A stretch of 64,000 nt of DNA from Octopus sinensis (GCF_006345805.1 NC_043000.1:73222001-73286000), one strand, 5' to 3'. Positions 11,978 to 24,830 are shown, counted from the stretch's first letter. The notes: generated by a model not told the origin, from the letters alone. Translations and numbers: made by a program.

Positions 11978-14149
11978 GGTTAATATAGGGCGTAACAAAT
12001 ATCAGAAAATCAAAAAAAAAAATGTGTGTAATAGGTGTAAAACAACTTCCTATGAACGAATATGAAAAAAAAAATTCGCGCACGCGAAAGGGGGGTGGGG
12101 GAGAGGCCTCGGAAAATTCACATCGGGAAGTTCCGAAAGCGTCTGAGGAGCTGACCCGGGCACCAAAACAAAAAAAAAATAGTGTAATATGTGTAAAACA
12201 ACTTGCTCTAAACGAATATGACAAAAAAAAATGCGCTCTCGCGAAAGAGGGGTGGGGGAGAGGCCTCGGAATATTTATATCGGGAATTTCCGAAAGCGTC
12301 TGAACCGGGCACAAAAACAAAAACAAAAACAGCGTAATAGGTGTAAAACAACTTGCTCTAAACGACTATCACGAAAAAAATGCGCGCTCGCGAAAGGGGG
12401 GGGGGGAGAGGCTTCGGAAATTTCACATCTTCAGTCCACGGCCTTTAAACTAAGAAAAAATAGTGTAATTGGTGTAAAACTACTTGTTCTAAACGAGTAT
12501 CAAGAACACACACTCACACATGAATCATAAACTCCGTATTTCGCAAAAAAAAAAAATAAAGAGAAGAAATTCTGGAAAAAGTGAAGAAATGTTGGATCTC
12601 CGCCATGTGAATCAAAATACGTGTCAGAAACATCTTGAAATACTACAGAAATTATGTTACGAAAATGATAATGTATACATACCTCTTTGAGTGGTCCATC
12701 GATAATGATGATAAAGAAATGAGTTGGATTTGAACTCAGAATATTGACTAACACAACTACATACTACAAGACTCAAAATATTCAGCCAAGTCACCACCCT
12801 TTAACTAGCAATAATAATAACATCAATAACATAACAGCCAAAAGATTTATTTGTTCTGAAAATAACAATCATAGTAAATAAATATGTTCTTTAATATTCA
12901 CATTCATGTGCACAGTTAAACACACTTACATACAAACAGTCACGCATGCATAATACAAAACGGAACACATAAATGAAGGATGCATTACTTAGTATATATT
13001 ACATCTAGATAATTTTGATTAATAAGTCAAATATGCAAATTATAAAGATAATTAATTGCTTTACTAAACAGTGTTGTAAAGGTGAAAAAATAAATTTGGG
13101 AAAAAAATACACGCCAAAACTAATTAATAAAGGATAATTAGGGAAGGATTGACACAAAATAATAATTTTTTCTGTCTCTTTTTTTCTGATAAATGCATCT
13201 TAATAAGTGAGAAGAATTGCATATATCTGAACTATTTCAAAGAAAAGCATAAATTTAATGTTTAAAATAGCTTTAACCAAGGAATGAGATCCAACATTTC
13301 TTCACTTTTTCCAGAATTTCTTCTCTTTATTTTTTTTTTTTGCGAAATACGGAGTTTATGATTCATGTGTGAGTGTGTGTTCTTGATACTCGTTTAGAAC
13401 AAGTAGTTTTACACCAATTACACTATTTTTTCTTAGTTTAAAGGCCGTGGACTGAAGATGTGAAATTTCCGAAGCCTCTCCCCCACCCCCCTTTCGCGAG
13501 CGCGCATTTTTTTCATGATAGTCGTTTAGAGCAAGTTGTTTTACACCTATTACGCTGTTTTTGTTTTTGTTTTTGTGCCCGGTTCAGACGCTTTCGGAAA
13601 TTCCCGATATAAATATTCCGAGGCCTCTCCCCCACCCCTCTTTCGCGAGAGCGCATTTTTTTTGTCATATTCGTTTAGAGCAAGTTGTTTTACACATATT
13701 ACACTATTTTTTTTTTGTTTTGGTGCCTGGGTCAGCTCCTCAGACGCTTTCGGAACTTCCCGATGTGAATTTTCCGAGGCCTCTCCCCCACCCCCCTTTC
13801 GCGTGCGCGAATTTTTTTTTTCATATTCGTTCATAGGAAGTTGTTTTACACCTATTACACACATTTTTTTTTGATTTTCTGATATTTGTTACGCCCTATA
13901 TTAACCCAGAGATTTTTTTTTGCGCACATACGCAGGTATGCGTGTATACATTCACATGCACTCATATTTGTATACATTTGCTCATATATACATACACATA
14001 CATACATACATATATACATACATACATACCTACATACATACATACATATAAGCATATATACACATGCATAAACACTCACACACACATATATATGTATAGT
14101 TGGAATTTACAGAAAAACAAAAGACAAAGACAGCTGTATAAACAACAGT

Positions 14150-14950
14150 TGTTTAATGCCCAGGAAGGTGAGAAAGTCTTTTACATTTTGAGCCTATGTT
14201 CTTCACCAGAAAGGAACATGAGGAAATCAAAAAGGTTTTCTTCCTATCTGTTTGAAGCTACTACATTGCAAGTATAGCATCATCTGTGGTCAGCATAATT
14301 GTTGAAGTTAGAAATTTTTCCTCAACTTTGACCTGATTGTAATTGAGGTTAGTAATAAAATATCTCGATAATTTTTGCTATCTAACAGCCAATATTCTTT
14401 TCTCTGTTGGATTCCAAGTCAATTTTTACTCCACACTAACGTCTAATTTGAAAAAATTGTCTGAATTGGGGCAAAATGAGTAATGACTAATTTCGATAAT
14501 TTCTTTTCTTTAATGATATGGTGTGCAAATATATCACGAAGAAAGCCACTCCAGCAGGTCATGAAGAAGCTATAGAGAATACTTTATGTTGAGCTTTTAG
14601 ATTTAGTCAAGTTTCCTTAATTTCATATCATGTGCCATTTTTTTATGATCCTCTTTCATTTGACCAAGATATTTAAAATTTTTGCTGCATTTGTGATCTT
14701 TTGCAGTCTCTGGATAGATTGATGTGTGTGAGTCATTTTTCAAATGTAATCCTGGAGAATTGAAGAGGTAAATTTACTTATCTTGTCTCACTCATTTTGC
14801 CCCAGTTAAATTTGTCTTTTATATGCTCAAAGAGAACAGAGATAGTTTTCTGAAATAGTGTTCTGAATATGTCAAAGTGTTTTAAAGCATTTAGAGTAGG
14901 TCACTTGCTTAGCTGATAGAGTTTTTGTAAGGTAGTGAACATTTGTACAG
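14150..14950 (-). mobile_element. Degenerate Penelope-like element 3' region and pLTR
   Basis: The minus-strand end ctggtgaagaacataggctcaaaatgtaaaagactttctc resembles the pLTR hammerhead-type motifs at 45624 and 53075. Upstream coding is heavily interrupted. Confidence 0.4.
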
Positions 14951-15773
14951 AATATATTTTTTCTCTAAGTCAAAAATACAGTAAATCTCACTCCCTCTGC
15001 CACCACCCCTATATTATATAGGTGAAAAAGGAGATTTTTAAAACAATATATTCATTAGGTCATGAACCAAAATCAAGCCGGGAATTCCATTTGTGGATTT
15101 TATGCACCTTTTGTTTTGATAGCCACATCCTGTAAATGTCAACTCATGAACGATATTCAATTAAAAGGCAGCACAGTAAAACAAAGGTTGAAAAGTGGCC
15201 TTTAGTCACTCTGGAATATTGCCCATACACAAACACAGAGATTCCTTTACTGAAAGGTGCAGTAAAACAACAATAGTATGCCACAGTCCAAAACGTCAGA
15301 TACAAGTTGTGTTCACTGTTTAGTCTACAATTTAATTCTGATCATTGCACTTTATGATGCAATACAAAACGTGAAAGAAAATTGAGTCAACCATTTAACT
15401 TCATATATTTTGGTTTATATGAACGACTAGAGTTGGTTTATTTTCACATTCATACACGATGTGTTTACAGAAAAAAAACTATCACGAAATTCAGGTAAAT
15501 ACGATTATATTATTAAAACTATTGTTAGAGCAAGGTAACGGGTTGGTAAAATCAGAATATCGCTAGGCAGAATATACCTTGCAGTGTTTAATTACGTTCC
15601 TTTACATTCCAAATATCACCAAACAACTTTGATTTTCTTCCTTTCTGTATTAATAACACAAGTTTTAATTGACTATTGGTTGGATTTAACCAATTATACT
15701 TTTTCTGGTATACCACCTGTTAGAAGAAATCTAAACCATCATTAAGAAGACGGCTAATTGCAGTATTTAGTTA

Positions 15774-16561
15774 GGATCTTTTCCTTTTGAACGGCACACA
15801 ATTTGTAGTTAACTTCAAAAACTTCGTATACTGGTAGAATGTGTCAAAATAAAACATTTTTTTCTCTTGGCTTTCTTGATAAAATTGTAATTCATTTGTT
15901 TAACGTAGTTTAATTTTTCGAATTTTAACCAATGAATCACCTCTAATTGAGCTAAAATCATTTGCTGCATCTAAAACTGAGACAACATCCTGTCACTAAC
16001 CCTAAACCTCATCCTAACCCTAACCCTAAATTTTTTTTTTCTTAATTGTTAAATTAATTTAATTGTTATGCATGTAAAAAAAATGAAAGCAATGGAAAAT
16101 AATTTAAACAATTAACAAACAAAATAATTCTATAATTTTATACACACGCTTTCCGTATACGTACGGAATGTGTGTATATAAAATTATAGAATTATTTTGT
16201 TTGTTAATTGTTTAAATTATTTTCCATTGCTTTCATTTTTTTTACACGCGTAACAATTAAATTAATTTAACAATTAAGAAAAAAAAAATTTAGGGTTAGG
16301 GTGAGGTTTAGGGTTAGTTACAGGATGTTGTCTCAGTTTTAGATGCAGCAAATGATTTTAGCTCAATGGAGGTAATCGATTGGTTAAAATTGCCAAAATG
16401 CTCGAAATTTCAAACGAAATATCTTACAAACTATAGAATTTTCTCAATAAAACCAAGAGAAAATGATGTTTTATAAACTCATTCTACCAGTATACGAAGT
16501 TTAAAACTTTTTAGTTACCTAGAAATTATGTTACAAAGTGCCATTCAAAAGGAAAAGATCC
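15774..16561. mobile_element. Palindromic MITE/foldback element E3 with 8-bp TSD TTTAGTTA
   Basis: GGATCTTTTCCTTTTGAA at both ends in inverted orientation. TTTAGTTA is present at 15766-15773 and 16562-16569. The arms meet at about 16160 with almost no spacer. Confidence 0.9.
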
Positions 16562-16619
16562 TTTAGTTAAAACTCTTTTTCAGTATTTATGCAATCAAAT
16601 GTACTATCATTATCATTAT

Positions 16620-17390
16620 TTTCGGAGGAGTTTCGGATCCACATGCTCACATAGGTTGGAATTTTCGTTTTTCACCATGGCCTTCGGAATGATAGGGAGG
16701 GAGGGGGATTTTATCAAACAGAATTTTTGAAAATTTAGGATTTTTTCACCTCATCCCCACTTCGGATTTAGTTAGATCCCTCAGGATCAATTTTGACCAA
16801 TGTTTTATGCTATTAAAAAAGATTTGAAAATGTATGATTTTTTCAACCCCACTCCTCCTCCATTGTTTCTGTTTATAATTTAAATATTGGAGAGTCTGAG
16901 ATTATTGCTAAGATTTATCCACAGTGATTTAAGAAAGAGGGGCATAACTACAGATGTATAATCCCCACCGACTTTGTTGCCTCATAACTTCCAGAAAAAT
17001 GGATACTTTTTAACGAAACTTTCAACAAATAATTGATTAGATCCTGTAGATTGAGTGTATGTAAAAATTTGTTGGAAAAAAAAAATTATGAGGTGTTAGT
17101 GAGAGGAGTTTCTGAAAATTCCCACAACCCGGCATTTTCCTCCTCATAACTTTTTAAAAAATGGGTATTTTTTAATGAAATTTCATACAAATATCTTTCA
17201 AACGATGTAGATTACGATTTGTAGACAAAAAGTTTTGGAAGAGTATGGGAGAGTGGAGTTTCTGGAAAACGGAGTTTCGTATCAGACGACCTACATAAAT
17301 TGGAATTTCTCCATTTTGACGGGGATTTTTTCCGATTTTTTTTCATCAGTTTTCACATCTCTTGATGTTTTTCGATATTTTTCTCCCCAT
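16620..17390. repeat. Unclassified repeat with internal sub-repeats (cctcataact..., aaatgg..tttttaa..aaa)
   Basis: Related ~130-bp motifs near 16980 and 17140; no coding signal. Confidence 0.3.
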
Positions 17391-19380
17391 AAACACATTG
17401 ACTACATCCTTGCAAGGAAAAGGGAAAGATGGCTGCTTATAAATGCCAAAACCTTCCCAGACGAGGAATGTACCCCGCAACATAGACTGGTAGTTAGTGA
17501 CTTTAGGATCAGGACTAAGAGGACGACCAGAAGACGACCAACATGGAGAAGAAGGATCTGTAAGCTTAAAGATCCTGCGAATGGACAGAGATTTAGGGAC
17601 ATATTACTTGAAGCTTTTGACGAAGTAGAAGGGGATAGAGCATCACATGGGGTAGAAGACAACTGGACGTTTCTAAGGGACAACCTGCTGAAAGCCACTG
17701 ACCAGATCTGTGGTTGGTGCAAAGTCCCCTCTCGACCCAAAATAACGTGGTGGTGGAACAATGTTGTAGACAGGGCTATTAGAGAAAAGAGACAGGCTTG
17801 GAAGGACTGGAAGAATGATGGTAGCAGGGAATTGTATCAGACTGCCAAAAGGGAAGCTAGGAGACAGGTGTATTTAGCCAGAGGGGAAACAGATAAGAAA
17901 AAATTTGCCAATGTTCTGCGCCGTGAGGATGAAAGGCTTGAGGTATTTCGTATTGCAAGACAGTGTGTGAGAGAGAATCGTGCTGTGGTTGGAGAGAAAT
18001 GTGTTTACATGGATGATGGTTCACTTGCGCTAAATGAGGATGCAAAGAGAGAGGTTTGGAGACGCCACTATGAAAGGTTGCTGAATAAAGAAAATGAATG
18101 GGCTAAAGAGAGTCTGCCGAATGTCGACCCAACAGAGGGACCAGCTATCTGAGTTGACAGTTCCTTGGTAGCTAAGGCAATTAGAAGCATGAAGACAGGG
18201 AAAGCCCCAGGTCCATCAGGAATCACTGCAGAGATGCTCAAAATATTTGGTAGTGTCGGCTATAGCCTAGTCACCCATATAGTTAATCAGGTGATACACG
18301 AAGGAGTCATACCCAATGGCTGGTGTAGCAGCATAATAGTCAACTGCTACAAAGGTAAAGGTGACGCCCTAGATACAAATAATTACAGAGGTATCAAGCT
18401 ATTGGATCAGGTAATGAAGTTTACGGAGAGGGTCATAGCTCAACTAATTAGAGAGAGAGTTAGTTTAGATGAGATGCAGTTTGGGTTCGTGCCAGGGAAA
18501 AGTACCCCTGATGCTATATTCCTGGCAAGGCAGTTGCAGGAGAAATACCTAGCCAAAGATAAGCCCCTGTACCTGGCTTTTGTTGACATGGAGAAAACCT
18601 TCGACAGGGTCCCCCAATCCTTTATCTGGTGGTCAATGAGGAAACTAGGGATAGATGAATGGTTAGTGAGAGCTGTGCGAGCCATGTACAGGGATGCCGC
18701 TAGTAAGGTGAGGGTTGGCAATGAGTACAGTGAAGAATTCCGGGTAGAGGTAGGGGTCCACCAAGGCTCAGTCCTCAGCCCCCTCCTATTTATCATAGTC
18801 CTCCAGGCAATAACGGAGGAATTCAAGACAGGATGCCCCTGGGAGCTCCTCTATGCTGATGACCTTGCTCTAATTGCTGAGTCACTATCAGAACTGGAGG
18901 AGAAGTTTCAGGTGTGGAAGCAAGGATTAGAATCGAAGGGCCTTAGGGTCAATCTAGCTAAAACCAAAGTCGTAATAAGTAGGAAGGTAGACAAATCACA
19001 AACACCTTCAGGTAGATGGCCCTGCTCGATCTGTAGAAAAGGGGTAGGTAGAAACTCTATAAGATGCACCAAGTGTAAGCTATGGACTCATAAGAGGTGC
19101 AGCAATGTCAAAGGAAGACTAACTAGGAAGATAGTTTTTGTATGTGGCAGATGCTCAGAAGCAACAAACACTGAAAATGCTCTGAGACCAACTTCTGCCA
19201 CATTCCAGGGAAAAAAACTAGAAATAGCTTCCGTTACCTAGGTGACCAAGTCAGTAGCGGGGGTGGGTGTGCTGAAAGTGTAACTGCTAGAGTAAGAATA
19301 GCTTGGGCAAAGTTCAGAGAGCTCTTACCTCTGCTGGTGACAAAAGGCCTCTCGCTCAGAGTAAATGGCAGACTGTATGA
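17391..19380 (+). pseudogene. RTE-clade LINE ORF (endonuclease C-terminus, RT, Cys-rich insert), truncated at both ends, frameshifts near 18150 and 19230
   Basis: IDYIL...QHRLVVSDF; GKAPGPSGIT, NYRGIKLL, QFGFVPG, GVHQGSVLSPLLF, LLYADDL; WPCSICRKGVGRNSIRCTKCKLWTHKRC. Confidence 0.9.
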
Positions 19381-19389
19381 CGTTTTTGT

Positions 19390-20010
19390 TTTGATAGAGT
19401 TTTTGTTAAGTCAGCAGATAAGGATAGCATAAGTCGTCCACAATTCAAATTGGTCAGCTAAACAGACCACAAATTTGTGATTTGCACAGTTGATTTAGCT
19501 GGGACTTGTAGACAGGGACCTGGTTACTTGAAGTTGAATGCATCCTTTCCAGTATGTAAAGATTACAGGGATCAGATTAGTGAGCTAGTTTATCAGTAAT
19601 TGACAGGGAGCAATCATCAACAACCAATGATGGATCACCCTGAAGAGGGCAATTAGAGTAGAATTAAAAGCATTTATCAAAGTGTTAGTAATAGAATGAA
19701 ATAGATTAGAGAGTGAGCTAGTTAGCAAATTAGAAGAGATGATTAGTAAAGGCTTTGTGACCAATGTACTAGCATTGAGAATAGCCCTTGACCATTTCTT
19801 TGAAGCAGAACAAAAGAGTATGTTGTCAGAGCTAAGGCCCATCTACTCAAACATGAAAGAACTAAAGCCACTCAATGGGCCTGAATGATGGAGACATTAC
19901 ATGGGAATAAAACCATGATCAAGTCTTTGACAGATTAGGATGGGCACATGCTACTCAGTTCTGAGCAGATGTGTGTGGCTTTCCAGCTGCACTTTGCACA
20001 GCTGTTTGTG
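19390..20010 (+). mobile_element. Tx1/L1-like LINE fragment
   Basis: Colinear similarity to 27380-28000 (gatagagt...gataaggatag...acagaccacaa...ttgtg). Confidence 0.55.
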
Positions 20011-21099
20011 GATGCTTGAATATGAAAATCATAACAAAATCAGAATTAGCTATAATTTCTACAGAAAATCTGTAGTGATAACCTTAACAAGTGATGTAAG
20101 AGCACTGCTAACACAGTAGAACATGATATTGACTTACAAAAACGTTTAATATACCATGTCCTCACAAGTCATTAATATTTATGTACCAGCTTCCAGGAAT
20201 ATGTTTTAATATATAAAATTGGTATAGCCAATAATGCTACACTACTATATTAAGTGGCTATTTAAGTAGTGAGTCTATGGATGATTAGTGGCTTGGACAG
20301 GTGCTGATGAAGGAGCAAAAAACTCCTGAAATATGTCATATATGCTCATTGCCCATTTTTCATCTTTGTTCTCATGTAAACAATATCTCGCATCTCAAAT
20401 ACGAAACAGCATAACAAAATCAGTGCTGGTTATAATTTCTAATGAAAATCTGTAGAGATAACTTTAACAAGTGATTTAAGGGCACTGCTAACACATTTAA
20501 TATACTTTTTAATATATTATGGTTGCATAACAAAATACTGTGTCCCTATAAGTAATTAACCTTGTATACTATGCATACTTCGCTTCTTTGTTTTATTGTA
20601 TACTGTGTATACTTTCATTCTTTGTTATTATTTCATTATATGTAAACCTTCAAACATTATGTCTGTCTGTATTGTCCCTTCATTCTTCATCCTGGTAGGA
20701 AATGAAAGAGATCATCATCATCATCATTATCTTTATTATTGTTATTATTATTATTATTATTATTACTAGTATTAGCATGCTGGGCAAAATGCCTAGCAGC
20801 ATATAGTCTGTCTTCATAAAATCTTGTAATTATTTACTATCACAGCCTCTGACCCATGTGCATACCATTTTTTATCATCTTAAGTCCAAACACTTAACCA
20901 AAATCTCAATGCACTCTTTTATCAAAACATTCATGCCTGTGCTTATATACTTTTTGTGCTAGTTTACTGCATTTGTTTAAGAGATGGTTGATACTTTCAT
21001 CTACTTCTTCACAGATTATGCATTTGCTCTCTGACTAAGTTTTCTCAATCTTCATCTTCATAAAATTTATTTTCTATCCAAGTTCATTAGGCTTGTTTC

Positions 21100-21460
21100 C
21101 ATTAGTAATTTAGTTTCTCATTTCAGATTTCCATCCATCTGCCATAACTAGTGTTCTTAACTCCCAACATCCTTAGTCTTTTGCATGAATCAACCATGTA
21201 ATTTCTCCTTTCTCCAACTATTTGTCCTGTCATTCTTCCTGTTTTTCTACTGTTTCATTGACTTTTTGGGTATTTCTGGCTGCAGACAATATTGTTTCTT
21301 CTGTACACACAATATAGTTTATCAAACCTAATATTGCAGTACTAGAGTATCTTCTGCATTTAACAAACCTCTGTCTCCTTTCTTTCTTGGTAAGTAGAGC
21401 CTATAAGTATTATTTATAAGATGGTGTGTATTGTTGTAGATGTGGAGCTTTGTCTTCTAG
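21100..21460 (-). mobile_element. R4/Dong-like LINE fragment (post-RT region)
   Basis: Minus-strand translation includes KLHG-F and W-ADG-KSE, resembling the W..KPLHG...W.WL..G.LK.ETE block. Confidence 0.4.
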
Positions 21461-21479
21461 AAAATAGAAAAATGATGCC

Positions 21480-21960
21480 AAAGGGGATTCCATAGGGAGT
21501 ACATGACCCTGGCAGCCAGACCACATCTGTGGTTGATCTCCGGGGTCAGGTCTCCATTATTGGTGACTGTGGAGCCCAGATAGGTGAAGGAGCTGACAAG
21601 CTTCATGACATTGGAGCCAACGTGGAGGTTGGCTATGGCGGGTCCTGGCCATCTCCAACATCTTTGACCAACTCACCCGAAGGCCAAGCTTTGCTAATTC
21701 TTCTCTGTATATGGTCAGTGCATCTCTGAGCTGGTCAACTGAATTGCTGAATAGGGTGGTATTATCCACATACTCCAGGAGCAGAAACATGCCCCCTCTT
21801 AAAGACCCTGGCAAAGAGAATCAACTGTTCAATAGCAGAGGTAAGAACTGCAAGTGTACACACATCAGCCTGCAGCCTCACACTTCATAACTTGGGAAGT
21901 GCAGAGGGACTGGCATGAGACTACCAGTGATGAAAAGTACTGATGAACCTGATTGGTTCG
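21480..21960 (-). pseudogene. LINE reverse transcriptase fragment
   Basis: LEYVDNTTLFSNS...LTIYREELAKLGLRVSWSK (degenerate YADD region). Confidence 0.6.
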
Positions 21961-22079
21961 ATGCATGATGATGTCTCTGGGATCACTAACCTAGGATGAC
22001 TCCAGCTCCATCAAACAAGTGCATGAAGCAAGCAAGCATGGTGTGTGTTGTACATTGTGAGCAGCTGCCTAGTTTTTCT

Positions 22080-22560
22080 ATTTAATTTCTGTGTCTTCGT
22101 TGTCCATTTTTAAAAATGGAGTAGAGCACATTAATATGACATGGCCCATATATTCATTGCTTTGAAAACATTCCCTCCACCTAGTTTTGTTTCAAGTGCC
22201 TTCCTAATTGTATATCCTTTGGAGACTTCTCTTTCATTTTTCTTTCCGTTATCCTACTGTTCTGCTGTACATCTAGGTACTTATATCCCTTATTATTTCT
22301 TAGTGACATTATCTTGAAGTAATTTTATGCCATCAGATTTTATTTCTTCATAGTTAAAACACTTCAGAATTAAAACTGCACACTTTTTACTGTGAACTGC
22401 ATACCAATATCGTTGCTAAATATTCTTATTATTTGAATCAGAGAATCCAGATCTTTTTTCATTGTTCATGTACAGTTGTCCTCCATATATACCAGGTGAT
22501 TTATTTTCATTTTGGTTTTAGCAAGCTCATAGGTAAGACTGAATTTTCTCAGTATGCTTG
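22080..22560 (-). pseudogene. R4/Dong-like RT fragment
   Basis: LIPMTSIL...KINHLVYMED (YMDD-type motif) followed by a ...KKCAVL segment. Confidence 0.5.
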
Positions 22561-22576
22561 TCATGGGGATTAATGC

Positions 22577-22577
<1 letters not shown>

Positions 22578-22639
<62 letters not shown>

Positions 22640-22830
22640 TAATGCCCATTTTCCATGTTGGTATAGGTTGGACAGTTTAACATGAACAGGCAAGTCAGAA
22701 GACTGCACCAAGCTCTGCTGTCTGTTTTGGCTGGATGCCCTTCCTAATGTCAACCACTTTACAGAGTGAACTCAGTGCTTTTTACATGGTACCAGCAGCA
22801 ATGAGATCATGAAGTAGCTTGCAGGGAAAG
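22578..22830 (-). mobile_element. Long (ATC)n tail plus diverged RTE 3' UTR/SINE-like copy
   Basis: About 20 ATC units followed by ...ggctggatgcccttcctaatgtcaaccacttt. Confidence 0.65.
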
Positions 22831-23079
22831 TTCCCTCAACCGGGCTGAGTAGTGCTGGACAATAGAAAGATGTCATGCATTAGAAGAGAGACATGACTAC
22901 CTCAGCTTGAAATGAGAGGGCAGAGAAAGATGTATTAGAGAAGGGGCAAGGACTGTACACCCTAGTTTCAGGGTGGTGTATATAGTGGAGTGGACCAGGG
23001 ATTGAAGAGGGTGATTAGGTGGATGACTTCACAAGATTTTGAAAGGAGAGTGGGAACTAGAGGTGTGGCGAGAAGGGAT

Positions 23080-23280
23080 ATAACATGGGCATTTTGTGTG
23101 CTAGTAGAAGGTAAGAGGTTTGCCAATGTTCTACTGCACGAGGACCAGAGGCATGAGGTGTTCAGGATTGCAAAACAGTGTGTCAGAGAGAATAGAGATG
23201 TGGTGGATGAGAAATGTGTGTAAATGGATAATAGTATACTTGCACTTAGTGACTCAGGGAAGAAATACGTGTGGAAGTGC
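23080..23280 (+). mobile_element. RTE LINE fragment
   Basis: KRFANVLLHEDQRHEVFRIAKQCVRENRDVV is homologous to 17900-18070. Confidence 0.75.
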
Positions 23281-23339
23281 CACTATTTGGGTATTTCTGG
23301 CTGCTTCTTCTCTAACTCTAGTAGAGATTTAGCTATAAA

Positions 23340-24830
23340 AATAAGTTTATCAGCATAGAGGAGCTCCCAAGGGCAACCAATTTTAAATTCCTAAGTTATG
23401 GCCTGAAGGATTGTGACAAATAAGAAAGAGCTGAGAATCAGTCCTTGGTGAACTCTTACATGCACTCTAAATTCATTACTATACTCAATGCCAGCTTTCA
23501 CCTTATTGACAGCATCAATAAGCTTGGCTTACTGATACATGGCTTGGACAGTTCTCACCAACCACTTATCTACCCCTACCTTCTACATTGACCACCAAAT
23601 GAGTAAGTGAGGGATTTTGTCAGGCAAATGACAATCCTGAGGTTTACTTTTTGCTAAGTGCTTCTCCTACAGTTGCCTTACCAGGAAGACAGTATCAGTA
23701 GTACAAAGCACAAAGCCAAACAGAATCTCATCTAGGCTAACCCTCTTCCTAATTATTTGAATTATAACTCTTTCTGTAACTTCTGTGACTGGTCCAGTAA
23801 ATTGATATCTCTTTAATTACTTCTCTCTGAGGCATCACCTTTCCCTGCGGAGCAGTAAACTATAATACTTCTACAATGATGAAAAGTAATGGAGAGAGTG
23901 ACTTGCTTTGAAATATCATCATCATTCATGATGTTAGTTTTAAAATACATTTTGTGGATGTTCTGGGGTATCAGGTTGTTTCAGGTTTTTCAATATCATA
24001 CCTCACCTCTCGCCCAGTTGACCTGACTGGGGCTGATCAAGCACCTGCAAACTTTATCTCAATAACAGAAAACTCTATCCAAACCCACTTTGTAGCCTTC
24101 TCTGCAACTTTAGTGATGGCATTTATAGTCCTTCCCTTTGCTACACCAATAATTCCAAGCCTAGTCAAAGCTTTCAGGAACGAATGCCTCACAAAACCTC
24201 AGCAGCCCAGTTTTATTACCTCATAACTGGTCTACCAGCTCTGATTTCTCCACTGCTCTACCAGCTCCTTGGTATTTAGCATGCTTCCTTACATGAGCTT
24301 CCTCCATGTATCCTCCAAGTGTATGGTTAGTTCCCTCATGAGTACCTGTTTGATGGAACTTGAGATCATTTTGGCTGGGAAGAGTGTTGCTGGTACAATG
24401 TGATCTGGGAACTTTAAGATCTGCTCTCAATTGCCAGTCTGGGGCTGAGGAAATTAGGCATGAGAGTAATTGAAGTTTCAACTGGACTTCTCCTTGGCTT
24501 TGCGAAAAGTGATGACTTCTTTCCTGGGATGGTATTTACTGGGATTGAATGGCTGTTGATAACACATCTGCAACTGCCCTGACCATCTCGCTGTGCCACA
24601 TGCAGTAGCAACCATCAGCTAAGGCTCTGTGGCAGCTGCTGAGGTGGTGTTAAAGGGTCCTTCTATGAGTGCACAAGGGACTGATCAGTGTTTCACTTCT
24701 GCCCTGTGTATGAAAATTTGATGGACTTGGTAAAGTATCATAGACAGCCTAGAAATATTAGAAATCTGATATGTTGGACGTCATCCCACAAGATAGCCAA
24801 GCAGGTGATGTTCCACTAATGTATATTGGC
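23340..24830 (-). mobile_element. Degenerate RTE LINE fragments (endonuclease to RT)
   Basis: Reverse-complement similarity to the RT region at 18400-18970; many stops and indels. Confidence 0.55.

Larger units (their letters stand above)
8318..13906. mobile_element. Composite foldback-type DNA transposon E2 with ~620-bp TIRs (8318-8940, second left copy 11978-12600, right 13286-13906) and 8-bp TSD CAGAGATT
   Basis: GGTTAATATAGGGCGTAACAAAT at 8318 and 11978, with its reverse complement ending at 13906. CAGAGATT is present at 8310-8317 and 13907-13914. The TIRs are built from ~120-bp sub-repeats. No transposase ORF. Confidence 0.9.

Noticed and set aside
14177-14214. Minus-strand hammerhead-like motif
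   Set aside because: Core bases are mutated (CUGGUGA, AAAAU); kept only as support for a pLTR remnant.
16005-16030. (TAACCC)n telomere-like units
   Set aside because: Only a few degenerate units, mirrored inside MITE E3; not a telomere or a fusion site.
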